Notes under the pieces: generated by a model | Told to the model about the DNA's origin: nothing | What the model saw: only the letters and a program-made list of their open reading frames with translations | The model's database searches: none | Made by a program: the position numbers and the translations under genes | Shown here: positions 34,800-49,142 of the stretch, in pieces | Position numbering within the stretch: the stretch's first letter is position 1 | How the letters are laid out: the number at the start of each line of letters is the position of its first letter | Source: Camelus dromedarius | Lineage: Eukaryota | Direction of reading: 5' to 3' | DNA: 64,000 nucleotides | Assembly: GCF_036321535.1 (NCBI RefSeq) | Contig: NC_087436.1 | Coordinates: forward strand, 89,406,001-89,470,000

Positions 34800-35800
34800 T
34801 AGGTAGAAGGATTCTATTTACTGTTCTTTTAAAAAAATCATCTTGGATTTATTTATTTTACTGTTTTTTCCCTAATTATTGCATTATGATTTATTTTAAT
34901 TTCATCTTTCTGCAGTTTAATTTTGTTACTCTTTTTTCTAGCTTCTTGAGTTTGGTTCTTATTAATTTATTTTCACTGTTTCTTATTTAATAATAAAGTT
35001 TCCTTTATTGCAGTGAGATTTTCTTTGCATACAGCTTTGACCATAATTCATAACTTTTAATATGTTATCATAATTATTTGCTAAATATTCTGCAATTATG
35101 CTGCTATTTGCTCTCCAAGCTAAGACTTATTTGGAGGATAATATTCAAGTTTCCAAATGGGGTTTTTGTTTGTTTAAATTTAGCTTCATTGTATTTTTAG
35201 TTATATCATATTATGTTCAGAAATGTTACCTATACAGCTTTGAATGTTGCTGATATTTCCATTGTGCCGAGTTGGGCTAAAAGCTTGTAAATGTTTGACA
35301 GTAATTTGGAAGGCGTTGATTATTCATTATTAAATTAATTTTACTTAAAACATTATTATTTTACCCTCTCAATAAGTCACTTCTTGTTTTCTTGATCTTT
35401 CAAATACCAAGAAAGTTGTGAAAAATTCTCCCACAAATATTATGAGATTGTGTTATTTTGTTTGCATTTTAACTATTTTTGTTTTATGCACTGTGATGCT
35501 ATGATATTCCACATGTAAAGATTCATAACAGCTCTGCTTTCATGTCACTCTATGAATTTAATCATTAAATAACCTTTTTTTTGGGTAACCTATAAAGCCC
35601 CTTGAAATCTGTTTGATTATTTTTATATTCTTTCTTAATATTAACTTTTGTAATATATTTCATTGCTGAATTGTCCTTATTCTTTCTTTTCTCATGTACT
35701 TCGGAAGCTATACATCGTATTATATAACCAGTGGTTATCTTTAAGTTTTAAAACAACATATTTTAACTTATAATTTTCTATTAATGTTGAAATTATAAAA
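34800..35800 (-). mobile_element. Highly decayed ancient L1 (ORF2-region) fragment
   Basis: T-rich sequence with TTTTCTAGCTTCTTGAG and TGAAAAATTCTCCCAC motifs typical of antisense L1M; boundaries approximate. Confidence 0.45.
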
Positions 35801-36532
35801 TATCCTAACTCTTCCATGTAGCTATTAACTACCCCTCCCAACCCTAGGATTGCTCAGAGATGCTGGGTTTAGAGACATTTTATATATATAGTTTTTTCTG
35901 TTTATACTGAGTTGGTGTAGTTCTCTTTTCACTTTTGCTAAGTGATGAGACTCCTTGCACTCATGTTTTAATATTGTGAATACTTGAAAGGACTGCTTAA
36001 TTGGTGTAAAACTATTCTGCAGAATTTTCAAGGGTGGGATGAGGACCAACAATCTTCTACTGGCTCCTTGAAGCATCCCTCTTGACTACAGCAGTTGCCA
36101 TCACTGGCGAATGCTTGGTTGAGTACATCCAGCTGGCTAAGTCCAGTCTGTTTCAGGAACACCTCTTGGCAGCATGGGCCACATGCTGTGTGCGAATGGC
36201 ATAACCAAGATCAAGAAGATGAAATTTGTGAAGGGCATAGAGTCATAGTATTCAAGACTTCGGAAGGAGTTTTTAATAAATCTAGTCAAAATATACATCA
36301 TTTGCTTCCTGTCCTCTACAGTGTATGCCTATATATGTATTATAACTTAGATCTCCACAGCAGTTTACTGGAAGAATATTTATGTTCCAAGGACAGTGAG
36401 TACAGATTGCTGCCAGTACACAGCTGGCTTTGGAGTGTCAGTTGTCTTTGAATAGTTTCAGTATCAAGTTCAACCTTGAAGGTTGAGAATACATTTAAAT
36501 TGAGGAAGAGAGAGAGAAAAAAGATCTAAAAA

Positions 36533-36536
<4 letters not shown>

Positions 36537-36583
<47 letters not shown>
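36537..36583. repeat. (AT)n microsatellite
   Basis: Direct reading. Confidence 0.95.
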
Positions 36584-36586
<3 letters not shown>

Positions 36587-38644
36587 GGAAGGAAATTATG
36601 AAGGGGAAAAGTGTGTTCAAGACAAAAGTTTAAACATGTTATTGGAAGGAAATGTTCTAATAATCTTGTAAAATTTGGAGTTTCAGCAGAAAGTCTAATC
36701 AGACAGCTGAAATTTGCTGCTTCTAATATGGGTTCCAACTAGTATGGCTATTTGCTAATTTGAATGATGCTGTCTTTGTCTAAAATGTGTTTAAACCCCT
36801 CATTTGAAATTGCCTTCCATCTGCACAATACTTAATAATTCAACAGTCCTTTGGGTAAGGTCACTAGTGGTTTGATTCATTGTCACCATATGTGACCTAT
36901 AGACTGTTAATGGCCTGGCAGAGGTTTACGGTGACCATTTTTATTCCTTGGGAATCGGAAAGCTTATGGTTTATGGAATATTCATGAAGCAAGGAGAAAA
37001 GGCCGATTGGCAGACTCTAAGAGCAGCTGCCGGCAGCCTGAGTGTGTCTTTAGGCATCTCAGGAGGCCAGGCAGCAGTTTTATTTCTGCTCAGCATCACC
37101 AGAGTTCTGCCTCTGCCTCTGTCCTCCCAGGACTTAGCTGAGCTCCATTCTTTTGGTTCTGTCCTTCCACACCCTTCCTGCTTCTTAGAGTACTGACTCC
37201 CTCACTCATGCAGGTGATTTGGATTAATAGGATGGTTTGGAAAAATAATAACTACAGAATAAAATGGGAAGATTTCTTAATAATACCATATTTTTAAAAA
37301 ATTACTTGAAAATATATTCTATAGTTCTAGTTCAGTCAGAAAGTATGCATTAATGTGTGCATGTTGTAGCTTGTGAAAAAAATCCAATGACACAAGGACC
37401 AAAACTTGAACTTTTAAATTGTGTCAGGTACTATATGATATGCTTTACATGTGCTCCTTAATTTTAAGCTCACAGCACCTATTTTATAGATGAAGAAACT
37501 GAGGCTTGAAGTTGTTAAGCGATGTATTCAAGATAACACAACTAGAAAATGGTAAACCCAACATTTAACTTAATTCTGCTATGTCTGAGTGCAAAGTTTG
37601 CTCTCTTAAACTCTCTATTATGGTATTTAATTTATATGTATATATTAGAATGTATGTATTAAACATACAACAATGAGCCCAACAGTCTTTGTTCATATTT
37701 CTATGTCTAGCAACAGCAAAATATTCCAAGTGCTTTTTGTGTGCCAGTAATAAGAACTTTTACAGAAATTATATATATAGAATTTAATTCTAACAGCTTG
37801 TAAAATATGTTTTATTTTTATCCATGTTTTACCAATGAGGAAATTGAGAGTTAAGGATCAAGTAACCCACCCAAAGTTATCTATCTGGTAAGTGGCAGGG
37901 CTGGGCTAGCAGACCCCAGACTTTTAAGTCTCAAGCCTTAATGACTGATTAGAAATGTTGGGTGAAGGAATTGAAGAAAGAGCTGGATGGTATGGATGGT
38001 GGTGGCCTCATTCACTAGGATAAAGAGGAACAGTGAAGTATGTTTAATGAAGAAGCTAATTAGTCCCAGTTTAGGTAGGGGGACATTTCCATTAGCGGGG
38101 CAATTTCTCCTAACTCATGATAATGATTACTTACTTTTTTCAAATTACGGGTGCATCCTTTTCCTCTGTGTGCCTTCCCTTTTCCCATCTACCTAATTTC
38201 TTTGTCCATTTCCATTTCAGTATAGCTCTTCTTCATAGATGTCTCAATTTTAAGGTGTTCATAGATTCTTACAAGGATATTTGTAAAATTAAAGAGCTGT
38301 TTGCTCTGCTTAGAGTCTTTACAAAAAAGATGATCTAAAAAAGAATATGTAAATAATTTAAGATACACCTTGGATTCAATAATCAAGCACACTCATGAGA
38401 ATCTCCTTCTTTACTATTTATTTTTCAAAGTCGAACTCTGACCTTATTTCCCACATGAAGCTCATTTTAACTAAACTCAAGAAGTTCATTTTGACTGAAC
38501 GCATGATCTCAAGAATCCGCATCTACAAAACCAGGGTAGTGATAGAATCCGCCCAAAAGGCTGATAGTGAGGATTAAATTGCATCATACGTGTAAAATAC
38601 ACAGTATTAGTGCTTAGTACCCAGTAAATAATAGCCATGACTAT

Positions 38645-39493
38645 TTTTTAAGTTATAACATAATTGATTTTCATTATTGTATTAGTTCTATGTGTACAAA
38701 TGGTGATTCAATATTCTATAGATTATATTCCATTTAAAGTTATTATAAAATATTGGCTATACTCCCTGTGCTGTACAATATATCTTTGTAGCTTATTTAT
38801 TTTATACCTAGTAGTTTGTACCTCTTAATCCCCTTCCCCTATTGTTCCTGCTCTACCTTCCCTCTCCCCAGTGGTAACTACTACTTTGTTCTCTGTATTT
38901 GTGGGTCTGTTCTATTTTCATCAGTTTGCTTTATTTTTTAGATTCTACATAGAAGCGATAATGCACAGTATTTGTCTTTCCCTGCCTGACTTATTTCACT
39001 CAGACAGAGATTGGAATCTCTGCAGAATATCCTCCAGATCCATTTGTGTTGTATCAAATGGCAAAATGTCACTCTTTTTTCTGGCTGAGTAGGATTCCAT
39101 TATGTATATGTACGCCATATCTTCTTTAACCATTCATATTTTGATGGACACTGAGATTTCTCTGATGTCTTGGCTATTGTAGATAATGCTGCTGTGAACA
39201 TTGGGGTGCATGTATCTTTTCAAATTAATGTTTTCATTTTCTTTGGATAAATACCCAAGAGAGGGATTGCTGGATCATATGGTAGTTTTATTTTCAGTTT
39301 TTTGAGGAACCTTCATACTGTTTTCCATAGTGGCTACACCAGTTTACATTCTCAGCATCAGTGTGCAGGGTCTCCTTTTCTCCACATTCTCGCCGACGTT
39401 TGTTATCTGTGGTCTTTTTGACTATAGCCATCTACAGGTGTGAGGTGATATCTCATAGTGATTTTGATTTGCATTTCTCTGATGATTAGTGAT
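38645..39493 (-). mobile_element. L1 3' UTR plus ORF2 C-terminal remnant, antisense
   Basis: CCCTGTGCTGTACAATATATC...GGGATTGCTGGATCATATGGTAG...TTTTGAGGAACCTTCATACTGTTTTCCATAGTGGCT...TTTGATTTGCATTTCTCTGATGATTAGTGAT. Confidence 0.9.
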
Positions 39494-42279
39494 TCTCTGT
39501 GATTATTATTATCCTTTATTTCTTTAAGCATCTTCAACATTTAAAGTATGCATCACATAATTTATCATTTATAATATCCTGAAGTATTTTGCATAGATTT
39601 TTTAATATGTGATTGCTCTATTTGCCTAGTTAGACAGTGCATTCCTTAATAAAATTGATTATGGCTTCATTTTATTTTCCCATACAGCACATGGTGAAGT
39701 GTTTAATAGTTACAGTTGTTTATTATATTGAACCAAACATAGGAATCGGACAGTGAGAAATGTGGGGCATCTAGAAACTGATATATTTAGCACCAGTTTT
39801 CAAACACATTTTTCTTTTGTGTAAAATTCTTTTTTTACTGTAGCATATGTGAACTTTAGGCAGATGTTAAGCAATGAGCTAGAGCCGGGTCACTGTGAGG
39901 ATACAGAACAGCAGATACTCATTCTGAGACACACTTGTCAGCAGCTGGACTTAGCTAGCGGACGATAGCAGAGAACTGAGCGGGATGCTTTGAAAACAAA
40001 AGAAAGCAAAACAGGAAGCTTCAGTAAATCTACAAGTGCAGCTATACATTACGAGGAAAGCATAGATTGCTGTCCTTTGATCATTTTAGTCATCTCACTT
40101 ACACAGACATTAGTGCCCATGAGTGACATCAATGTAACATACCATGGTTTCCAGTGGTTGGTAATACACAAGCTTCATTCCGTTCCAACAGGGTGTACAA
40201 ACTAGGCTAGTTTCAGATTTTTGTTTCAATCATTCTCAAAATTCCTCTTAGAAATGCTGTTCTTTAAATAGATTAAGCTAACATGGAAAGAACTTTCACT
40301 TCCCATTTATTCTTATTTCTTTTATTTCTTAACTTAGTTTAAAATCTCTTTCCTTGGCAGTTTGAAAAAGGACATGAAGTGGTACTGTCAGTTGCTTGAC
40401 ATTTCGGTGCATTTGTGACAGTAATTTAATGACATTCTTTAAATCTTATATAAATTGTACCTCCCCAAAGCCATACCTTTTTTAAGTGCGGAATGTTCTG
40501 TAGTTAGTAATGCTCTTTAGGTAATGAGTAATCGTTGAAATGCACAATTATTAAACTGTCTGATTTAAGTGCCAAGGATATCAGAATTAGGTTTCATTTC
40601 CAGCCATGTTTTTCATTTTCATCTGTTAGTTTTGTTACGTGCCATGTGCAGATTCATGAGAAACTGTCAGTTTGCTAAGGCGAGAGAGCAAATCTCAGCC
40701 AGTAATCTGATAAGTGTTTACCAGGCAACTACTATGCCCCAGTCACCATACAAGGCACCGAGGAATCAAAGAAGATGAAACCCAGGAACTTAGTCTAGTG
40801 AAGGAGACAGGCTATTAATCTTGTGAGTGACTATATGTAGTATATGGAAGTATAGTCTGAGTCCTGGTTTTAGAGTAATTCAAGCATGCTTAGAGGAGTA
40901 AAAACTTGCCCTTAAGTATTCACTGCTACCTTAGACCTATTTGCTGAAATATGTGTTAATATATCCAATTACATACTGGGAATCTAGTCTATTTATGGCT
41001 GTATTTATGGGATATCTATTAAGTGTCAGTAGGCTTGGAATACGTTGTATACTCCCTCTGTGAATCTGGAGGTAGTGGGGAGGTCTACATTCGACCATTA
41101 ATCTCAAATAATCAAATAATGAGAAATGTGGCAGGCGCTGTGAAGGAGAGGTAGAGCGGGTGATGATAAATTGTATTAGAGAGAGTTAAACTGAGACTTT
41201 GAATTAGCCTTTGAAATGTAAAAAGTGACAAGGTAAGGGATATCATTCAAAATGACAAAGGGAGGAGAAGCAATCATTTTTAGTAGCTTATTGAAGCCAG
41301 ATTGTGCATGTCTTGGTAATTATGGGTAATAACATCACATGGGAAGAAAAAATGCCAACATTAGCATCGTAATTGAAAATTTAGGCTGTTTTCTCCTCCA
41401 GAAGGGGAAATGTCATAATTTTAATGCTGCATCAGGAAGGCTAAATATATGAGCTACTGTTCAAGGAAGTAGTAAGACATCTTGTAAACCAAGCATAATA
41501 CAGCATAGGATTGTGTGTGTGTGTGTGATATAGATACAGATAAATAGTAAATTCATCCATTTATTTTCATGTATTCTGTGTTTACAAATATCATGGCAAA
41601 GGAAGTGGCTATGAAGTGTGTTACATAGTACATAGAATTTGGGGAGATAACGTGTCACTATCATCATCATCATTGTCATTGTTACTTATTGAGCATCTAC
41701 TATTTGCCTTATGTATATATGTGTGTGTGTGTGTATATATATATATACACATATTGTGCCAGTTGCCTTATATATATTATCTCTAATGTCCACAATAAAC
41801 TCTGAGATGAGTTGTCGTGTTGTCATACACATAGTGTTATGGTCGAGGGAGCTGAGCCTTGGTGAAGTGTTCTGGATGCTTTCGGATACCCAGCGCTGTT
41901 TCTCACCTAGAGAAAACAGACGGGCATTAAAGGATTTTGTATCTACCCTCAGTTTTCCAGTGTAGTTTTGATCATACAACCCAATATTTGAGTTTGGATT
42001 TCTCTGTCTGTTAGATGATGAAGTTAAGCAAAATTATATCCAAATTCTCTTCTAATTAAAAAAATCTATGTTACTACAAACTCATCCACTATCTATAACT
42101 AATGCCAGTTTTGCTTTTATGCTCTTTAACACATGGTTACTTTAGGAAGAATGGATTCAAGAGAGGGTGGTTCTTTTTGGGTTCACTGAGTTTGGTCAAA
42201 TTAAATATTCAGGTTATTTATTTTATGCTTACCTATACAGCAAAACTCCTTATTGTTCCAACAGCAATAAAAGCATCAA

Positions 42280-42490
42280 CTGATCCTGTGTTTACCATGC
42301 GCCAGGGAATATTTTAAAATATTTTATGTATATTAACTCATATAATTACCACAGCGATCCTGTCCCATCTTCATCCTATTTTATAGAGGAGGAATTGAGG
42401 CACAGAGAGGTCTAAGTTAATTGCCCACTCAACAAGCTGCTAAGTAATGGAGCCAAGATTTAAACCCAGATAGTCTGGCTCCAAAGTCCT
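42280..42490 (-). mobile_element. MIR SINE
   Basis: ATTTTATAGAGGAGGAATTGAGGCACAGAGAGG...GGAGCCAAGATTTAAACCCAGATAGTCTGGCTCCAAAGTCC. Confidence 0.8.
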
Positions 42491-45400
42491 GGTGTACAAC
42501 CCCTAGAAGTTGCCGCCCCTCGATTATTACCTATCACCACCACTGCTGACCCTGAGCTGTGCCTACCCCCACACATTCACTCTCTACCCCTTTCTTCATT
42601 TATCTGAAGGTTGTTTTCATGTTCCCATTGTTGAAAGTGTAAGCTGTACCATGAAACTCTATCCCATTTATAAACAAGCACTATCCGTTAGCTGGTAGTT
42701 CAGTTTACATAGATGCCGAAGTCACAGATACTCAGTTACGTTTTCCAAATCTCTAGCTTTGAATAAAATATATGTGGATTTTGTCAAGGTTAAGAATCAC
42801 CAATTGATTTAACTCAGTCATTTCAACTGTAGACCAATCCATAGTTTCTCCATCTTTTTTGACATTTTAAACATCTAAAAAGTATTAAAAATATGACTTT
42901 TATTTGGGGATTTGAAATCACCTGTCTTATAGGCATTAATATAGTCAATTAACAATATTTATTTACAATATATATTTGAAAGATTTCCACTTTAAGGGTG
43001 GTGAGGAAAACTTTAAAGAATTTCAAAAGATGATTTTTCCCCTAAATGAATTCATACTATGTCAGGTGACAGAGTTTACTGATGTAAAAGATCAAGAGGA
43101 ATAGGTATTCTGTAGGGATCAACAGACAATGTAAAGAAATGTGCTGAACTTTGGGAGGGGCTGGGGGGAGAACTCAGCCTGGCAGGGAGGTGTATTTTAT
43201 TGATGGTCAGCAGCTGAAGGACAGCAACAAGGAAATGAGCCAGCTCATTACTGTAAACATCATTAATTTGGTTTGTGATATTTATGGGCTAACTTAAGGG
43301 TCATTCTAGAGTTGCTATATAATTAATAAACTATTATGGTGTTGTTGGAATTTTTATTACTTCTCCATTTACTCCATTACTTCTCCAACATGTCTGGCAC
43401 AGATTTGCTAAGAACCTAGCAGGTGCTCAAGAAACACCTACTGGTTGATTTCATTCCTCATATAACTGAGCTAGATGCTCAGCTGTCAGGGATAGCAATA
43501 TATGAAGGACTATACATTTCCCCTGTTGAAATTTTAATATCAAGATTCTTTCTTAATGGTATTTCAAATATCTATCAATTTGCTGATCTTTTTTTCTATC
43601 TTTGTTACCCATGTGAGTGGACAAGCACTTCCGTTTGGAGTGAAAGAAAAATTCAGTCAAAAATATACAGACACTTGAAACAAATTCCATCAATATTTAG
43701 CTACATTTTCCAGCAAGTTCTCTTCCCTAAGCTACTGAGTAAGATTATTCATTCCTTCTGGTTTATTTGGCTAAGCTGCCAATTTCTCATTTGCTATTTT
43801 GAGGGGCTAATTTTCCCACGACATAATATACGTCACTAAATCTCCAGCTTTTCACTCAGCCTCAGATGATTTAGAAGTTTCAAGAAACATCAGTTCGGTT
43901 AATACTTCTGTCATTTCACTTAAATGAATTAGAGGATATTATGCATCAAAAATGTCTTTGGTAGAAGAGAATTCTTATGTATTTTGGTCAATTTTAGGAG
44001 AGGACACTTTCTACTCAGATGTGTTTTCCTTAGTATTTTCTAGTGTCTCAGATTCCACAAGATTCTTACCCTGCCTGACTTCTCTGTTTGAATAATACAT
44101 CATATTCTTTCCCAGAGTCTCTTTTGCTGCTTTTATTCGTGAGCTTGAATTTTCACATCCTTGTTGCTTATTCTGTAGGAATCTGTTCTTTCTCCTTGCA
44201 TTTGCTCTTTCGTGAACTTTGACTTTTAATTTTTTTAAATCTACAGTCTTCATATAGATGACTAGCATGGACATTTCTGTATTCTCTCCAGTCCTGTGGC
44301 TCCCTAACAGTGCAGTCCAGTGAATTTTACCTCTCTCTTTTTTTGGGGGTGGGGTAGTTTGCCTAAAACAAACTTCGTGACTTACTTTTACTTACTTTGT
44401 GCTTGGCTAATTGAAAACAGTTGTAGGCTCCAGAGTCAGAGAAAAGTCCGTCTTTAGGGGGTTCAAGGAAGAGAAATGGGGGTGTGAAGATGAGGGTGGG
44501 GGGTTAGTTTCCCTGAAAACACTTTCTATTTTTGCCTCCCTAAAAAGTTTTTTTCTAAGTCCAATCACTTTAACGTGGATATCCAGGGGTCCCTTGGAAG
44601 TAAAAAAAATTGTACCTTGAAAATATTAGGTAAAGGGAGGAGATATGGAGTAAGAAGGACCCCCACCATTTAGCATATCTACACTTTTCCTCTGACCAGG
44701 TCATTGGCACTTGAGGATTGATATTTCCAAAGAAGGCTTGGCAAAAAGTGGTGAGAAGTCTGTATCCAAAGAGCGGAAAGTCAACTCTTCATATACAAAA
44801 TGAGTGTACTGTTGTCTCTAGTTTAACAAACTATGAACACTTGTGAACATCTGGGATTAGTCTATTAAATGGATTTTTTTTTAAAAAAAGAAAGCATTCA
44901 AAGAATACAAACTATAAGACAAATGCTTAACACAGAACCTGGCACCCAGTAAATGCCCTTCTGATATTTGTTGACTGAATCAATGAATGAAAGATTGAAT
45001 TCAATACGGCCTCTGCAAAGTATTACTACGACTAATAATGGCAGGAAAGAGAAGTCCTAGATGACAACAGTCATGGAGAAAACTCCCATAAACCCATTCC
45101 AACACTGTTGTTTTGCTTTGTTTTGTTTTAATTTTTGAGGCTTACGCAGAGCTTTGGGATTGCTGAAGGAAATCTGCATAGCACTTTCCCTGACCTGAAA
45201 CTACCTGGTTTCTTTGGAACTTCCCCTTGGAAGGAACTGCTGTTCTGCCCTTTCATTGCCTGTGACTTTGACTCTTAGTTTTGTTGTCTGGGTCATCTCT
45301 GTGTCCTATTGTAGATGGGCTACTAGGTGGGTGATGGGAGCCTTGCTCAACTCTGCTCTTTAGGCTGTACCGAGAAAACAAGGAAATGCTCTCTGGTTGT

Positions 45401-48400
45401 GTGTGAAGATCTAACCAATACCCTTCTGAGAACCAGTTTGAATGGAGAAGCTCTGGGGAGGGCATCCTGCTTGGAAGGTGAAAAAAAGAGGCCTCAGGGA
45501 GCTTGAAAAGTGGTAGTCAGAGTCTCGGAGCAGATTCTGAGCTAACGTGGACAGCAGCGATGAGTGGACAGCTGGGCACTTGACCTTCATCAGCTGCCCC
45601 TTCTGTGAAGAAATGAGCCTGTGATTTGTTTGGAGAAAAGCCAGGTTTCATTTGGTTGAACCATAAACAAATACTATTTTTGCTGGTTAAAAATGATTTT
45701 TAGAAAGTCAAAAATAGTCTTTTGAAGTGAAGATGAGGCCAAGATCTGACTTGTGATTTACTTTATCAACTGCCTCTTTTTGACAGCAGAACAGGTAATT
45801 AGGAAGACATTTTGCCAGGGATTATAGTGATTGGCATCTTAAAATTTATTAGTTTATTTATTTGTTTTCAAGACAAAGATTGAGTTTGGAGCTGAGAATG
45901 TCACAACCGTGGAGCTGTACTCAGCATGCCTGAGGCTGATGGGGGCATTTCCTCTACGGCATCTTAATGCTCTCAGTAGGATTGTTTTCTTGGTTTGCTT
46001 ATTTTATTTTGACTTGAAGCCGTTGGGGCTTGTACAGATAAGGAGCTTCAACAGGCTCTTTCTCCAGTGCCTAGCTCACTATTGCTGCTTCTGCAAGCAA
46101 GAAACCCACTTTGCTAAAGCCTTGGCTGATCCTGAAAAATGTTAACATGCTTTCTGCTTAATGTTTGCCAACGGGCTGATCTAAAAATGGCGCCAAGGAG
46201 GTTACCTATTATCTGCAGAACAAGAATACATTTCGGGACCGAAATAGATTATGGTCAATGGGGACTTGATCTGCTGACAGAAAGTTATATTAACAATCCA
46301 TAAAAATAGAAGGAGATGTTATATGGTGAATCCTGTTTGTTCTTTCTTTTTTTATTTAAAAAAAATTCTTTTTTGGTAGGTTTCAGTATGTGACTTTTTT
46401 CTCTTATTTTCCATAGTGTTTCTTTATTGAATTTTTTTGCATTCATCTTTCAGAATTCTATAAATCACTCATTTTTGCACATTTGCAATGGATTTGCATC
46501 ATAGCCAAATTAATTTTATCAGATTCCTTACTATATGTACTTTAAAGAAGTGTATTAAAGCATCAATGCAATAGAATTTGGGGAGATTTAAAAATCATTT
46601 CTTTCAATGAAAAATGCACTTTTTTTCCTATGTTATCTTCAAGTTTCTAGCAAATTAGAAACTTCTATTATTTTTTTTTTCAATCAATGTGTAATGGAGA
46701 GGTTGACTTTGCCTGTAACTACCCAAGTTTATGCTTATTGTCCTCGTGACCTACCAGTAAACATGTGTTCTGGACAGAAGTATTCTAGCCTGACCAATAG
46801 AGTGGATAGTTATCCTAATGATAGAGCTATGTAAAATGACAGCCTTCCTCTAGTATTGAAAATCTGTTAGAGTATTTAAGTTAAATGTTTGCAAGTAGCA
46901 ATCTAGATATATATAACTGCAATAGGCAAGCTAAAATGAAGTTAAAGTTTACAATTACAATCCATAGGGGATTTCAGAATCTCATGAGACAATTTGAGAT
47001 AATTATTGGCTACAATTACCTTCCTGGTTATTATCCAGTCATTCTGTAGCCATTAAGTGGGACTAGCCACTGACAGTATTAGAAATCATAACGTTATAAA
47101 GTGTCTACATTCCAAGACACATAAAATTGAAGAAAGCAGGGAAGTGAAAAGAATCTCAAATCTTCACTGTTTGTGCAAGGTAGGGGCCAGTTGTTCCATA
47201 GTGTAAGACAGTTAGCTACTGTTGCTTTATTCTCAGGGATTTTTATCAGACTGTCCTCCTCACTTTGGAAAAAAAAAAAGACACAGAAAGATGTAAAATT
47301 TGGAGCTACAATAGACAGGGTGACATCAGAAGTATAAAAAGTTAGAAGAGAAATACTAAAATTTAAGATGTCCTTTCTTCTGTGTCACTTGCTGGGATCT
47401 GCTTTGTGAATTACCTAAGCACTTCAGTTTTTAGGGTTTTTTTCTGAGAAGCACTAATCGAGGGAATCCTACAATTTCATCACGTGTGTTGGCCTGAATG
47501 AGAATAGATGCCGGACTTGTCCTGGGAAGAGAGAGGTACAAATCCAACTGTCATATTCTGGGTAGAGCATGGCTGTTATGTGGGATTATGGTATTCTTTC
47601 CAATAGACCTGGTTTTGCCCTGTCATATAGCCTGGTTCATTCTAGAGTGGTTCAGCTCAGCAGTAGCTCCATTAAATATGAACATTGCATATGTTTATTC
47701 CAGGCCAATCTGCCAGCACAGTAGAGTGAGCACCATCATACACTCTCAGCAAGACAAGCAATGAGATGGAAATTGTTGTTGTTTTTTCACTAGCTCACCC
47801 TAATGTGCTTCCTCAGTTTGCATGCTTTCTACAGTCTGATTATTGTGTTTACTCCGTGGTGTTCTTTCTTCACGTCATTAATATTCCATTTTCTGGCTGA
47901 GGTTCTCTTTATTTATGATAATAGTTTGATAGATTTCCAAAGGATAAACACGTGTGATTCCTTTAATGGCTAAAGTACAAATTGGATGTTGAGTGGCAGT
48001 CTTATGGCTATTTCAGATTAGCTGGATCTGTTCATGGCCTAAGCCCAGCTAGGTTCACTATTAGAACAATTTTAAGGAGTACTGAGAAGGTAAAGACATT
48101 AGCCAGAAGCCTCCTGGTATGTTGACAGTAGATGAGAAGTTAAGATGACAAGAACATATATCCAAGTGGTCTATGTTACCCCTTGTAATAACAGTTCATT
48201 TGGTACATCCATTTCCACATATGCACTATGTAGTCTGAGCAGGTAGACTTGTGATGCATGTAGGAAACTCCGTATATCCAGTTACCAACAGAACCAAAAA
48301 GCTAAATTAAGCAAAAACACTTTTTTGGTAATACTATGTGGTGCTAACAAATGTGAAAATGCCACAATATAGTTTTAAGGCAAAGTTAGTGTTTATGATA

Positions 48401-48669
48401 CCCAACTGCTTTGCAAGTTGATAGTGCATGAGTAAAAAGAAACTCTGTTAAGGGTAAAAAAATTAATCAGAAACTCATTCCAAAGTTTAATTTCAATGTT
48501 CAGGATTTTTTTCACAATTCATCAAGCTGACATTAAAAGTTGCTCCATCCCTCTTTTTAGACGGATCATTTTAACTGTTCCCTCCCTAATTACTCCACCA
48601 AACAGACAAAAAGAGCCTGTGAAGACTGATTCTGAGGCTTTTTGAGACGTTAATGGGTATTGCAAAAAT

Positions 48670-49142
48670 TGTGTTCTGCCCGAAAACATCTTTTAAGATG
48701 GCTCGAAAAGAAACCCCTGCCACTGGCCATTCCACATGCATTTCTTACAGTGTGTTGGGGAGTCTGTGATCCCTCACTCTTGACCGTGGGTGGACTTGTC
48801 ACCACAGTAGAAGTGGTGCTTTATGGCTGTGAGGCTGTCTGTCTCAGGAGTGCATTCTTGGAGCCAGCCATCATGCTGTAAGGAAGCCCAGGCCATGTGG
48901 AGAGACCACAGGTAGGCTATTCCGGCTGGCAGTCCCAGTGTCAGTGGCCAGATATGTGAGAGGGGTGTCACATACCAGCTGCTTTGGCTGAAACCTCATG
49001 AGAGATGCTGAATGAATGAGGGCTGCCTCGCTGAGTCTGGTCAACCTCCAAACCCGTGAAAGAGTGTTAAAATGATTGCTGTTGCTTAAAGCCACGATCG
49101 TTTGGGGTGATTTACTATGTAGCACTCGACAGCTGGAAAACA
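48670..49142 (+). mobile_element. MaLR LTR (older MLT1 subfamily)
   Basis: GCCAGCCATCATGCTGTAAGGAAGCCCAGGCCATGTGGAGAG...TTAAAGCCAC...TTTGGGGTGATTTACTATGTAGCA...ACA end; 5' boundary approximate. Confidence 0.7.
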
